64,000 bases of DNA, taken from Pseudohongiella sp. (GTDB taxonomy: Bacteria > Pseudomonadota > Gammaproteobacteria > Pseudomonadales > Pseudohongiellaceae). The notes under the pieces were generated by a model, which worked only from the letters and a program-made list of their open reading frames with translations, ran no database searches and was not told the origin of the DNA. The stretch is from the NCBI GenBank assembly GCA_030651695.1, contig JAUSCD010000005.1:122915-186914 (forward strand), read 5' to 3'. A program made the position numbers and the translations under genes. This document shows positions 1-9,347 of this stretch, one piece after another. Numbering within the stretch: position 1 is the stretch's first letter; each line of letters opens with the position of its first letter.

Positions 1-255
1 AAACACGACGAGACTGTAGCCTTCCTGGTGGAAGTTCAACAGGCCGGCATCTTCACCTGTGAAGGTTTTGCTGATGCAGATCTGGAACGTGTGCTGGCAA
101 CTGTTTGCCCGAACATTCTGTTCCCGTACGCACGTGAAACCATCGATGCATTGGTTGTTCGCGGCAGCTTCCCGGCCGTGATGCTGGCGCCGGTGAATTT
201 TGATGCGGTTTACGCGCAATCCAAAGCGCAGGCTGAGCAGCAAGCAACTGCCTGA
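1..255 (+). CDS. secB: Protein-export chaperone SecB, C-terminal part (5'-partial)
   Basis: Frame open from base 1 ([18 protein letters not shown]...); [14 protein letters not shown]...[18 protein letters not shown] matches the SecB C-terminus. Confidence 0.95.
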   Translation, partial: KHDETVAFLVEVQQAGIFTCEGFADADLERVLATVCPNILFPYARETIDALVVRGSFPAVMLAPVNFDAVYAQSKAQAEQQATA

Positions 256-284
256 TTCTTATCTCAAGAGATAAAAATTGTGGC

Positions 285-321
285 AAAAAGCCGCGCCTTT
301 TATTCGGGTGCGGCTTTTTTT
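285..321. terminator. Bidirectional intrinsic terminator between convergent secB and trmL
   Basis: AAAAAGCCGCGCC-TTTTATTC-GGGTGCGGCTTTTTTT; GC stem with A and T tracts. Confidence 0.85.
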
Positions 322-328
322 ATTCCTG

Positions 329-793
329 TTATTTCAGGTTGTTGAAGTTGCCCTGTCGAAGCGCTTCGTAAAGCGCGATTGCAACTGTGTTAGATAGATT
401 CAGGCTGCGGCTGTTTTCCTGCATCGGCAGCCTCAGTTTTTGATGCGCCGGGAGCGAATCCAGAATATTTGGCGGCAATCCGCGGGTCTCTGGTCCGAAC
501 AAAAGGCCGTCGCCATCGCTAAAAGAGGCTTGATCATAACGGGTGCGGGCTTTAGTGGTGAAGGCAAAAAGTCGTTGCGCAGGACAATTTGCCACAAATG
601 TCTCCCAATCCGGCCATCTGAACACCTGACTCATTTCGTGGTAGTCGAGACCTGCACGTTTCACGCGTTTTTCGTCCAGCTCAAACCCCAGAGGTTCGAT
701 CAGATGAAGACTTGCGCCCGTGTTTGCTGCCAGACGTATAACGTTTCCCGTGTTAGGGGGTATCTCTGGTTGAAATAGAACTATATGTATCAA
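329..793 (-). CDS. trmL: tRNA (cytidine(34)-2'-O)-methyltransferase TrmL, SPOUT family
   Basis: IVLFQPEIPPNTGNVIRL, HLIEPLGF, LLFGPETRGLP, RSLNLSNTVAI motifs; TTG start. Confidence 0.95.
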   Translation of the reverse strand: MIHIVLFQPEIPPNTGNVIRLAANTGASLHLIEPLGFELDEKRVKRAGLDYHEMSQVFRWPDWETFVANCPAQRLFAFTTKARTRYDQASFSDGDGLLFGPETRGLPPNILDSLPAHQKLRLPMQENSRSLNLSNTVAIALYEALRQGNFNNLK

Positions 794-892
794 AGGAGTA
801 GATTCGTGATTTAAAGTAAGTATTAATTCAATTTGACCCCAAATATACCCCTGAAGTCAGGGCCTTGCTATAGATTACAGCGGGTTAACCTT

Positions 893-898
893 TATAAT
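893..898 (+). promoter_or_regulatory. Candidate sigma70 -10 element for the msh operon
   Basis: Perfect TATAAT 34 nt before the mshI GTG; no convincing -35; GGAG RBS near 920. Confidence 0.35.
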
Positions 899-931
899 TT
901 GCGCATACTTTGAAACGCCGGAGATTGTTGA

Positions 932-1876
932 GTGCTGGAATTGTTTGGACGAAAAAAACGGGTAGAAGGCCTGATCGGTTTGTCCATCAATGATTCCCGC
1001 ATTTCGCTTGCGCACATAACCCGCGGGCGAGATGAACTGATGCTGGAGAAATGTCTTCGGCAGCCGATCGAAAAGCCGGGCGAGGCGCGTGAAACGTTGG
1101 CCCGCCTGGTTGATGAGCATGGTCTGGTCAAGGCAGCATGCTCGTGCATACTCTCTCCGGGTGATTACAATATCTATCTGGTTGAAGCTCCGCAGGTTGA
1201 GGATGACGAAGTCAGCTCCGCAGTTCGCTGGAAGATCAAGGATCTTCTGGATATGCCGGTTGATGACGCTGTGATTGATGTATTTCCTGCTCCGGAACAT
1301 GCCTTTCAGGGGCGCAGCAAAATGCTGTATGCCGTGGCGGCTTCGCGGCCCCAGATCGAACAACTGATTTCGACTGTGGATCGCGCAGGTTTGGCACTGC
1401 ACTCGATTGATATACCGGAAATGGCCATGCGCAATATTACAAGCCAGTTTATGGACGATCGCAACGGACTGGCCTTCATTTCGCTTAAACAAAGCGGGAG
1501 CACGCTGAACATCACCCGCAATGGTCAGCTTTTTCTGACGCGGCGCATTAATACACCTATCGGTCCTGACGCGCTCATGCAGAACGACTGGGATATGTTG
1601 CGAGACCGTCTGGCGCTGGAGATTCAACGGTCGCTGGATTATTTCGAAAGCCAGATGGGCCAGAGTCCGGTGTCGCAAATCATGATTGCACCACGTGAGC
1701 GGGATACTGAGTCGATGATGAATGCATTGGCAGACGCGCTGGCGTCACCGGTTGGTGTGGTTGATTTTGTTCATGACTTGCCCGCTCGGGACGATATTAC
1801 ATTAGAGACAAAAGGCGCCTGCATGATGAGTATTGGCGCCGCACTGCGTACTGATCTGGAAGGGGTATCCCTGTGA
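932..1876 (+). CDS. mshI: MSHA biogenesis protein MshI (PilM-like actin-fold part)
   Basis: CSCILSPGDYNIYLVEAPQV...AVRWKIKDLLD, IDIPEMAMRN, LALEIQRSLDYFESQMGQ; first gene of msh cluster. Confidence 0.85.
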   Translation: MLELFGRKKRVEGLIGLSINDSRISLAHITRGRDELMLEKCLRQPIEKPGEARETLARLVDEHGLVKAACSCILSPGDYNIYLVEAPQVEDDEVSSAVRWKIKDLLDMPVDDAVIDVFPAPEHAFQGRSKMLYAVAASRPQIEQLISTVDRAGLALHSIDIPEMAMRNITSQFMDDRNGLAFISLKQSGSTLNITRNGQLFLTRRINTPIGPDALMQNDWDMLRDRLALEIQRSLDYFESQMGQSPVSQIMIAPRERDTESMMNALADALASPVGVVDFVHDLPARDDITLETKGACMMSIGAALRTDLEGVSL

Positions 1877-2481
1877 TGCAGAGTGGTGTTCAGCAAATAA
1901 ATCTGTACTTGCCCGAGTTGCGTCCGAGGCGTGATCTGGTTACGGCTGCGAGGTTTGTGCAGGTTATTGCTGTGATGATTGCTGTCATGATGTTGTTTGG
2001 AACATTTAACCTCTGGCAACGGTCGGCAGTGCGCTCAGACCTGGCAGAAGTGCAGGCGTTGGTCGCAGTGCAGACGGCTCGCACGGAGCAGGTCGAGAGG
2101 GATGTTGCTGCACGAGCAACCGATCAGATATTGGTAAGCGAAATGAATGCGCGCGAGCAGAGAATTGCTCAGTCGCGAGAGCTGTATGACTTCATGAATA
2201 CGTCAAATCTTGGCAATCTGAATGGGTTTTCAGCGCATTTGATGGATTTTTCCCGGGCGTCGTTCCCGGGTTTGTGGATTACCGCGCTCACTATCAGCGG
2301 CAATGCTCACGCCGTTTCTCTTCGGGGTAATGCGCAAGAGGCTGCTATGTTGCCTGACTATGTCAGTCGACTGGCTGCGGGCCAGAGTGAAATTCGGAAC
2401 AAGCGATTCGGGAGGCTGTCGACTACTTTGGCGTCTGCGGAATCCGGAACTTTATACCAATTTGTGCTGGAGACTAACTAG
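1873..2481 (+). CDS. PilN-like MSHA alignment protein (second half of a split MshI)
   Basis: QQINLYLPELRP N-terminus, one TM helix, coiled coil, GLWITALTISG; overlaps mshI stop. Confidence 0.8.
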   Translation: MMQSGVQQINLYLPELRPRRDLVTAARFVQVIAVMIAVMMLFGTFNLWQRSAVRSDLAEVQALVAVQTARTEQVERDVAARATDQILVSEMNAREQRIAQSRELYDFMNTSNLGNLNGFSAHLMDFSRASFPGLWITALTISGNAHAVSLRGNAQEAAMLPDYVSRLAAGQSEIRNKRFGRLSTTLASAESGTLYQFVLETN

Positions 2482-3158
2482 TGAGTCTTCAATACAAGTT
2501 ACGGGAATTAGGGGATCAGTTTGACGCCAGGCCGGCGTTGGAAAAAGCGCTTGTGGCTGGTCTTGTGCTGATTGGTATGGTCTGGCTGTTTTTTGCATTG
2601 CTGGCAACTCCTGTCCAGTCGGAAATTACAGCAATTGCAAATCAGTTAACGCAGGCACAAAACCAGTTGAGTGCGCTTGAACAGCGAGAGCAGGCGGCAA
2701 TCTCCGCAAGTGCAACAGATCCAAATGAGCCTGTCCGTGTTCGCATAGCGCTCGCGATTGAGGCTCAGCGTAATCTGGATGGCGAGATTCAGCAGCTTGC
2801 CGGCAATCTGGTAACACCTCAGTCGATGACCCGGGTGCTGACCTCCATTCTGGAGCGCCAGTCTGGTTTGACGCTGATCAGCATCGATAACAGCGCTCCA
2901 CAATTGGTGCAAAGCTCAGATGCTACGGCAGGTACGGGAAATTCCAGTCAGGCCCGTCAGCGAATCTTCAAGCACAGTCTTAATGTGCAGCTGGAGGGTG
3001 ACTATCTCAGCTTGATTGGATATTTGCGACGAATCGAAGGATTCCCGGAACGCTTCTTCTGGGATCAGTTGAGCTTTACACAAACCGAATGGCCTAGAGC
3101 CCGCATCAGTATCCAGTTGCATACGCTCAGTACCGAGGAGGGTTTTGTAGGTGTTTAG
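2481..3158 (+). CDS. mshJ: MSHA biogenesis protein MshJ (PilO/GspM-like)
   Basis: TM helix, LVTPQSMTRVL..L, FKHSLNVQLEGDYLSLIGYLRRIE, FFWDQL, LHTLS motifs. Confidence 0.9.
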   Translation: MSLQYKLRELGDQFDARPALEKALVAGLVLIGMVWLFFALLATPVQSEITAIANQLTQAQNQLSALEQREQAAISASATDPNEPVRVRIALAIEAQRNLDGEIQQLAGNLVTPQSMTRVLTSILERQSGLTLISIDNSAPQLVQSSDATAGTGNSSQARQRIFKHSLNVQLEGDYLSLIGYLRRIEGFPERFFWDQLSFTQTEWPRARISIQLHTLSTEEGFVGV

Positions 3159-3540
3159 ATGCCAGAAGCCAGCCGCAACGTTGATAGCAGTGCTTATTGT
3201 GATGGTGGGCTATAACGCCGCTCGCGCTCAAATGATCGAAATTAACGGCGAGATTTTCAGAGACCCTACTCAGCCGCCAAATATTGTGTATCAGGAGGTT
3301 GCTGCGGCCAGTATCAGCGATGCGCCGAGGATTAATCTGAGCAATTTCAGTCTCAGTTTTGTGCGTAGTGGCGGTTTGAACCCAGTAGCGGTCATCAATG
3401 ATCGCACGGTGACTGAGGGTGATGTAATTGACGGTGTTGTCATTGCCGCTATCAGGCCGGGCGCTGTGGTATTGATGATAGAAGGTGAAGAGCAGGTATT
3501 GAATTTGTTTGGCAGGCCTGTCAGGCAAGCCGTTGAGTAA
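3151..3540 (+). CDS. mshK: MSHA biogenesis protein MshK
   Basis: Signal/TM then RDPTQPP and AVINDRTVTEGDVIDG; position between mshJ and secretin. Confidence 0.85.
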   Translation: MFRCQKPAATLIAVLIVMVGYNAARAQMIEINGEIFRDPTQPPNIVYQEVAAASISDAPRINLSNFSLSFVRSGGLNPVAVINDRTVTEGDVIDGVVIAAIRPGAVVLMIEGEEQVLNLFGRPVRQAVE

Positions 3541-3586
3541 ATAAAGGTCAAATTCGTTGCGGCGAATCTGATCTGATGGAGAGTCA

Positions 3587-5359
3587 ATGTTATTTAGTGG
3601 AAATACATATGAGCAAGTACTGCGTCCAGGCAAGGCCCTTGTGGCCCTGATTCTGGTGTTCCCGTTGTACGCCTGTTCTATGAGTGGTGGCCGCCCAACG
3701 CCTGATACTGCATTGCTTGACACGATGCAGGATGTGTTGAGAGACGCGGCTGCGGCTTATGAGCCACAAAGTGTTGTGCCCGATGAACTGGCATTGCGTG
3801 AGCTTATTCCCGGACTGTCCTTGAGTGACGAGCTGCTGGCACCTGTTGCTGAGCGTTTTAATGTTGTTGCTGTTCAGGAATCTGCGCGCGACTTTTTCAA
3901 CAATCTGGTCGCAGGCACTGACTACGGCGTGATAACAAGCCCCAATGTGGCAGGTGAGATCAGTATTAACCTGCCCAACGTTACCATTGACGAGGTTATG
4001 CAGACCGTTCAACAGATTTATGGTTTCCAAATAGAACGTCGTGGAATGATTTATCAGATTCAGCCGCGCACCATGCAGACACGTATTTTTAGCATTGATT
4101 ATCTGAATGTTTCCCGCCAGGGCAGTTCAAGCGCCAGCGTCCGAAGTCAGGCGAGTGGCGGATCTGGTAGTGGGTCGGGCGGCGGTTCCGTCGGCGGCGG
4201 GGTCGGGGGCTCAGGTGGTGGCTCATCCGGCGGTGATGGCGGTAGCGGTGGAGCAGTTGGTGGATCCGGCGGTGGCGGGCAAGTCACAACCAGTACCGAA
4301 ACCGATTTCTGGATGGATATTCAGGAGACGCTTGAGAGCATGCTGAAGATAGATGCGGGCAGGACTTCGCCGGGCAGTGGACTGCTGACAGGCCTTGGCG
4401 CGGGCGCATCATCAGTGGCGGAGCAGATTACCAGAGTAGTTGTTCAGCCGCAGGTCGGTTTGGTGATGGTCACGGCTTTCCCGGACCAGTTGGCCCAGGT
4501 GGAAGAATACATCAACACAGCTCAGGAGATTCTTTCAAGAGAAGTCACCATTCAGGTCCAATTCCTGGAAGTAGTTCTGAACAAAGGCTTCCAGTCAGCA
4601 ATCGATTTCGATACGTTTGGACCGGAAGGCTCCAGTGTAAATTCAATTACTGGCGAATTTGGAAGCGGTAGCAACGGGATTGGAATTGACGGCATTTCGA
4701 ATCCATTGGCAATTGCGACCAATTTCACAGACTTCAATGCTGTGTTCCGCGTGCTTGAGTCACGCGGAACAACACAGGTTTTGTCCAGCCCCAGTCTGAA
4801 AGTCCTGAACAATCAAAAGGCACTGTTTCAGGATGGTGACCAAGAGTATTTTCAGACCAGTGTGGGTTCTAACACGATCAGCACTGGCAGTTCGACCACA
4901 CAGTCGTCTGCCAGCGGTTTGCAGCAGTTTTTCTCCGGCATTTCAATGGACATTACACCGCAGATCAGTGCAGACGGAACAATCACTCTGCACGTGCATC
5001 CGACCATCACCACCGTGTCAGAGCAGACCAAACCGATTTCAGGCGAACAGGTTCCCTTGGCCCGGACTTCGGTCAGGGAGTTGGACAGTATCATTCGCGC
5101 GCAGGATGGCCGTATAGTGGTGCTCGGTGGTTTGGCATATGAGCGTAGTGTAGACGATGCTGCGGGAATTCCTTTAGCAAACGACCTGCCAGTCATTGGC
5201 GCAGCATTTGATCAGCGTCGCCGCAGTACAGTAAAGAGTGAATTTATCATTCTGCTCCGCCCTGTGATCGCAAGCGCACAATCCGAGCAGCAATTGCTTC
5301 GTGAACGAGACAATCGAATGCGTGAAATCAATCAGTCAATTAATCCGTTTTCCAACTAA
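3587..5359 (+). CDS. mshL: MSHA secretin MshL (lipoprotein secretin)
   Basis: Lipobox LYAC; MQTRIFSIDYL, VLSSPSLKVLNNQKA, GISMDITPQIS, VLGGL, KSEFIILLRP secretin motifs. Confidence 0.95.
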   Translation: MLFSGNTYEQVLRPGKALVALILVFPLYACSMSGGRPTPDTALLDTMQDVLRDAAAAYEPQSVVPDELALRELIPGLSLSDELLAPVAERFNVVAVQESARDFFNNLVAGTDYGVITSPNVAGEISINLPNVTIDEVMQTVQQIYGFQIERRGMIYQIQPRTMQTRIFSIDYLNVSRQGSSSASVRSQASGGSGSGSGGGSVGGGVGGSGGGSSGGDGGSGGAVGGSGGGGQVTTSTETDFWMDIQETLESMLKIDAGRTSPGSGLLTGLGAGASSVAEQITRVVVQPQVGLVMVTAFPDQLAQVEEYINTAQEILSREVTIQVQFLEVVLNKGFQSAIDFDTFGPEGSSVNSITGEFGSGSNGIGIDGISNPLAIATNFTDFNAVFRVLESRGTTQVLSSPSLKVLNNQKALFQDGDQEYFQTSVGSNTISTGSSTTQSSASGLQQFFSGISMDITPQISADGTITLHVHPTITTVSEQTKPISGEQVPLARTSVRELDSIIRAQDGRIVVLGGLAYERSVDDAAGIPLANDLPVIGAAFDQRRRSTVKSEFIILLRPVIASAQSEQQLLRERDNRMREINQSINPFSN

Positions 5360-5382
5360 GCAGGCAGGGTAGTAAAGAGCTC

Positions 5383-6306
5383 ATGTACCTGGAACATTTT
5401 GGAATAAAGGAACTCCCGTTTTCGTTAACTCCGAACACGGAATTTTTCCTCAACATGGCCAGTTATCACAAAGCCTACAATATGTTGATGGTATCCATTG
5501 CCAACAAGGAAGGATTCATCAAAGTGGTAGGTGAAGTGGGCACCGGCAAAACCATGCTATGCCGTAAAGTGCTCAATTCTCTTGAGGAAACACCGGGTGC
5601 ATTTGTAACTGCTTATATCGCAAATCCAGTGTTGAGCCCAAAAGGATTATTTCTGGCGTTTGCCGAAGAGTTGGGTATAGATGCGGACACCGATGTTGGC
5701 CACCACAGTCTGCTCAAGCGCATCACCAAGGTGTTGATGCAGCATGCTACTGACGGGCGCCAGGTCATTTTATTCATTGACGAAGCTCACGCCATGCCAG
5801 AGAAGACGCTGGAAGCTCTGCGCCTGCTGACAAATCTTGAAACCGAGCAGGCAAAATTGTTTCAGGTGGTCATGTTCGCACAGCCTGAGCTGGATGAAAT
5901 GTTGCGCATGAAGTCGCTGCGACAGTTGCTTCAGCGCATCACGTTCTCCTACAAGCTTGAGACATTGGACAGAGAAGGGTTGGAGCGTTATGTCAGCCAC
6001 CGTATGGCTACGGCCGGATACAACGGGGGCTCGGTATTCAGTTCTTCAGCTTTGGACGATCTATTCAAGGCCTCAGGCGGCATTCCGCGAGTCGTCAATA
6101 TTTTATGCCACAAAGCTCTCATGGTTGCATTCGGGCGCGGAGAACGCATGGTAGAACGTGAGCACATGCGAAAGGCGATAGAGGACACAGAAGGTGTAGT
6201 GTTGCCAGGCCGCCGCAACATACGTCAACTGGCTGCTGCCAGTGTGTTGATGGGCGCAGCAGGTGTGGCGCTATTGGTTTATTTACTGACCTTTTATCTG
6301 AATTAA
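5383..6306 (+). CDS. mshM: ExeA-family AAA ATPase MshM
   Basis: MYLEHFGIKELPFSLTPN, Walker A GEVGTGKT, Walker B LFIDEAH, GGIPRVVNILC. Confidence 0.93.
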   Translation: MYLEHFGIKELPFSLTPNTEFFLNMASYHKAYNMLMVSIANKEGFIKVVGEVGTGKTMLCRKVLNSLEETPGAFVTAYIANPVLSPKGLFLAFAEELGIDADTDVGHHSLLKRITKVLMQHATDGRQVILFIDEAHAMPEKTLEALRLLTNLETEQAKLFQVVMFAQPELDEMLRMKSLRQLLQRITFSYKLETLDREGLERYVSHRMATAGYNGGSVFSSSALDDLFKASGGIPRVVNILCHKALMVAFGRGERMVEREHMRKAIEDTEGVVLPGRRNIRQLAAASVLMGAAGVALLVYLLTFYLN

Positions 6307-6349
6307 TATCTGACATCAGTACCTTAATTGGCACAGGAACAAACGACCC

Positions 6350-7570
6350 ATGAGTCTTGTTAATGACATGTTGCGTGATCTTGATGCACGAAGGCGCGAT
6401 GCGCCTTCACACGCTGTTGGTGCTGAAAAACTGGTGCCGGCAGCGGAGCGTGCAGCAAAAGAGGAGCGTAGCCGACTTGGTGTTTTTGCCGTGCTGATGG
6501 CTTTGGTGCTCGCAGGATTGTTAGTGATTTATCTGGCGTTGACAAATGCTGGCTCTACCCGGATACCGCCACCAGGACAGATTGTCCAGGTGGCTGAAAC
6601 GCCAGTATCAGACAGTGTGGCGATGGCAGAACCCGAGCTTGTTGCACAATCAGAGATACAGGCCGTATCCCAGGTAACCCCGGATGCCTTATCTCAGTTG
6701 GAACTCAGGTTGCAGCAACTCGAAGCACAGAACCAGTCCCTGCTTGCTGCACAGCAGCGAGAGCAGGCTCAGGCTTACAATCCCCCCACTCCTGCCCCAG
6801 AGCAAACAGCAGAGTCCCTTCTGCAAAATAGTAGTGTAGCCAGTAGTCCGGCGATTTCCCAATCGTTCAGTCAGGAATGGGCGGACGCCCCCGCGCAATC
6901 GACCGACCCGGCCCCTGTACAGCAAAATACCTCTCAAATGAATGTTGCTGCCAGCACAACCCGGAGTCCGCGGGCACTTGATTTTCAAGACAGAGACCGA
7001 CAGCAGGTTCAACTCGCCTTACAGCAATGGGCCAGTGGCCAGCAGTTGACGGCTTTACAGACACTGGATTCGTTTGCGCATCAGAACCCGGATGCACATC
7101 AAAGCCGTGAGACGCTGGCAAAGTTGTTGTTGCAGCAGGGTGAGTCGGAGCGCGCCATGCATGTTGTTGAGCTTGGTTTGGCATTGTCCCCGAATAACAA
7201 CGCTTACCGTAAAATTAAGGCCAGACTGTTAGTGGCAGACGGCCGTGCTTCAGACGCTGTAGCATTGTTAACAAATCTTGCTCCTTCGGTCAGCACCGAT
7301 TCCGAGTATCACGACCTGATGGCAAGCAGTTATATGGCAAATCAACAATACGACTTTGCTGCTCAGACCTACCGAACGCTTTTGCAGCAGAACGCCGGAG
7401 AGGGCCGCTGGTGGTATGGTCTTGCTGCGGCACTGGATGCGCAGGGTTTAGCCCAGGATGCGGCCTTGTCCTACGAGCGCGCGCTGCAACAGGCGAACCT
7501 GACAGCCGGTTTGAGACAAGCCAGTCAGCAACGTTTGCAGTTGATTCGCCAAAGCTCGGCAGCGAGATGA
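6350..7570 (+). CDS. mshN: TPR protein MshN
   Basis: MSLVNDMLRDLDARR start, TM helix, low-complexity linker, C-terminal TPRs (GRWWYGLAAALD). Confidence 0.88.
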   Translation: MSLVNDMLRDLDARRRDAPSHAVGAEKLVPAAERAAKEERSRLGVFAVLMALVLAGLLVIYLALTNAGSTRIPPPGQIVQVAETPVSDSVAMAEPELVAQSEIQAVSQVTPDALSQLELRLQQLEAQNQSLLAAQQREQAQAYNPPTPAPEQTAESLLQNSSVASSPAISQSFSQEWADAPAQSTDPAPVQQNTSQMNVAASTTRSPRALDFQDRDRQQVQLALQQWASGQQLTALQTLDSFAHQNPDAHQSRETLAKLLLQQGESERAMHVVELGLALSPNNNAYRKIKARLLVADGRASDAVALLTNLAPSVSTDSEYHDLMASSYMANQQYDFAAQTYRTLLQQNAGEGRWWYGLAAALDAQGLAQDAALSYERALQQANLTAGLRQASQQRLQLIRQSSAAR

Positions 7571-9345
7571 CGGGGCTAAGTATGGCCATCAAACAAAAAA
7601 TCAGGATCGGCGATCTGCTCGTCCAAAATGGCGTGATCTCAGAAACGCAACTGCAACAAGCACTGGCCAAACAGAAATCAACAGGTCAGCGCCTTGGCCG
7701 AACCCTGATCAATCTCGGGTTTGTGCAGGAAGACAAATTTCTTGGTTTCCTTTCCGAGCAACTCAAGCTGCCGTTTGTTGATATGCGGCGCTTCAAGTTC
7801 GAGAATGCGGTTGTGCAGCGCCTGTCTGAAACTCATGCACGACGATTTCGAGCAATCGCCCTGTCTGAGAAAAACGGCATGCTGCTGGTCGGTATGGTCG
7901 ATCCAACTGACATCTACGCTGTGGATGCTCTCGAACGTATTCTGCAACAACCAATACAACAAGCAGTTGTGCGCGAAAGCGAGTTACTGGCAACGCTGGA
8001 CCTGGTCTACCGCCGGACTGACGAAATTGCAGGTTTTGCCGAGCAACTTGATGAGGAGTTGACAGAAGGGCAATTTGATCTTGCTGCGTTGACGCCGGCC
8101 GATGACGATAGCGATGCGCCTGTTGTTAAACTTCTGCAATCTTTGTTTCAGGATGCAGTGCAGATCCGAGCTTCTGATATTCATATTGAGCCGGATGAGC
8201 ATGTGTTGCGCATACGCCAACGTATCGACGGTGTGCTGCAGGAGCAGATTGTTAAAGAACGTCGGATCACGCCAGCACTTGTTCTACGTTTGAAACTGAT
8301 GTCCGGCCTTGATATTTCTGAAAAACGCCTGCCGCAAGACGGACGTTTCAGCCTCAAAGTCAAAGACAAAAAAATCGATGTGCGTCTGTCCACCATGCCA
8401 GTGGAATTTGGCGAATCAGTGGTGATGCGTCTTTTGGATCAGTCCGATGGTGCTGCAGATCTGGACCAGGTTGGTATGTCAGAGCAGATGCTGGCACAGT
8501 TCCGGCGTTTGATTCATATGCCTCATGGTTTGATCCTGGTTACCGGGCCGACGGGATCAGGTAAGACAACAACGTTGTACGGTGCACTTCAGGAATTGAA
8601 CGATGTTGGTAAAAAGATCATCACTGTTGAAGACCCGGTGGAGTATCGCCTCAGTCGTATCAATCAGGTGCAGATTAACACCAAAATCGGCCTGACTTTC
8701 GGACGTATATTACGGGCCGCTCTGCGTCAGGACCCTGATATTTTGCTGGTGGGTGAGATACGGGACCAGGAAACTGCCGAGATAGCGCTGCGTGCGGCAA
8801 TGACAGGCCATCTGGTGTTATCAACCTTGCATACCAACGATGCAGTATCCAGTGCGATGCGATTGGTTGATATGGGAGCAGAAGGGTTTCTTGCTGCCAC
8901 AGCCATACGCGCAGTGTTGGCGCAACGACTGATACGCCGGTTGTGTGATAACTGTTTTACAGATTATCAGCCTGACCAACGGGAAGCTGCTTGGGTCAAG
9001 CATGTTATGGGAGCAGAAGCCCCGCTGAATTATGCGCTTAAACAGGCCAGTGGGTGCCATCGCTGCAACAATACCGGATATCGCGGACGAATTGGTGTTT
9101 TTGAGTTGTTGGTGCTCAATGATGAAATGGCGGATGCTTTACGTCGTTCGAGCTCAGCAGACTTTGTTTCAGCGGCCCGTCGAAGCAAAGGCTACCGGCC
9201 TCTGGTTGTCTGCGCCATGATTGAAGCTTTGAAAGGAATAACCAGTCTGGAAGAGGTATACCGCGTCGCCGAGCAGGTAGATGAAGACGGCGACTGGGTC
9301 CTGGAAGAAGAATTATCCGTTCATGATCACGAACCGGTGAGCTGA
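7567..9345 (+). CDS. mshE: MSHA assembly ATPase MshE with N-terminal MshEN c-di-GMP-binding domain
   Basis: Start at 7567 (ATGA overlap with mshN stop) or 7582, not the track's 7411; RIGDLLVQNGVI..QLQQALAKQ..RLGRTLINLG, GPTGSGKT, LRQDPD, CDNC/CHRC. Confidence 0.95.
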   Translation: MTGLSMAIKQKIRIGDLLVQNGVISETQLQQALAKQKSTGQRLGRTLINLGFVQEDKFLGFLSEQLKLPFVDMRRFKFENAVVQRLSETHARRFRAIALSEKNGMLLVGMVDPTDIYAVDALERILQQPIQQAVVRESELLATLDLVYRRTDEIAGFAEQLDEELTEGQFDLAALTPADDDSDAPVVKLLQSLFQDAVQIRASDIHIEPDEHVLRIRQRIDGVLQEQIVKERRITPALVLRLKLMSGLDISEKRLPQDGRFSLKVKDKKIDVRLSTMPVEFGESVVMRLLDQSDGAADLDQVGMSEQMLAQFRRLIHMPHGLILVTGPTGSGKTTTLYGALQELNDVGKKIITVEDPVEYRLSRINQVQINTKIGLTFGRILRAALRQDPDILLVGEIRDQETAEIALRAAMTGHLVLSTLHTNDAVSSAMRLVDMGAEGFLAATAIRAVLAQRLIRRLCDNCFTDYQPDQREAAWVKHVMGAEAPLNYALKQASGCHRCNNTGYRGRIGVFELLVLNDEMADALRRSSSADFVSAARRSKGYRPLVVCAMIEALKGITSLEEVYRVAEQVDEDGDWVLEEELSVHDHEPVS

Positions 9346-9347
9346 CG

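Noticed and set aside
875-1678. 267-aa antisense ORF over mshI
   Set aside because: Shadow frame of a well-supported gene; no motifs.
932-2481. MshI split into PilM-like and PilN-like genes
   Set aside because: A two-gene arrangement is already known in other MSHA loci such as Shewanella; not novel.
7567-7750. MshEN c-di-GMP-binding motif in MshE
   Set aside because: Intact and expected for MshE; an established feature.
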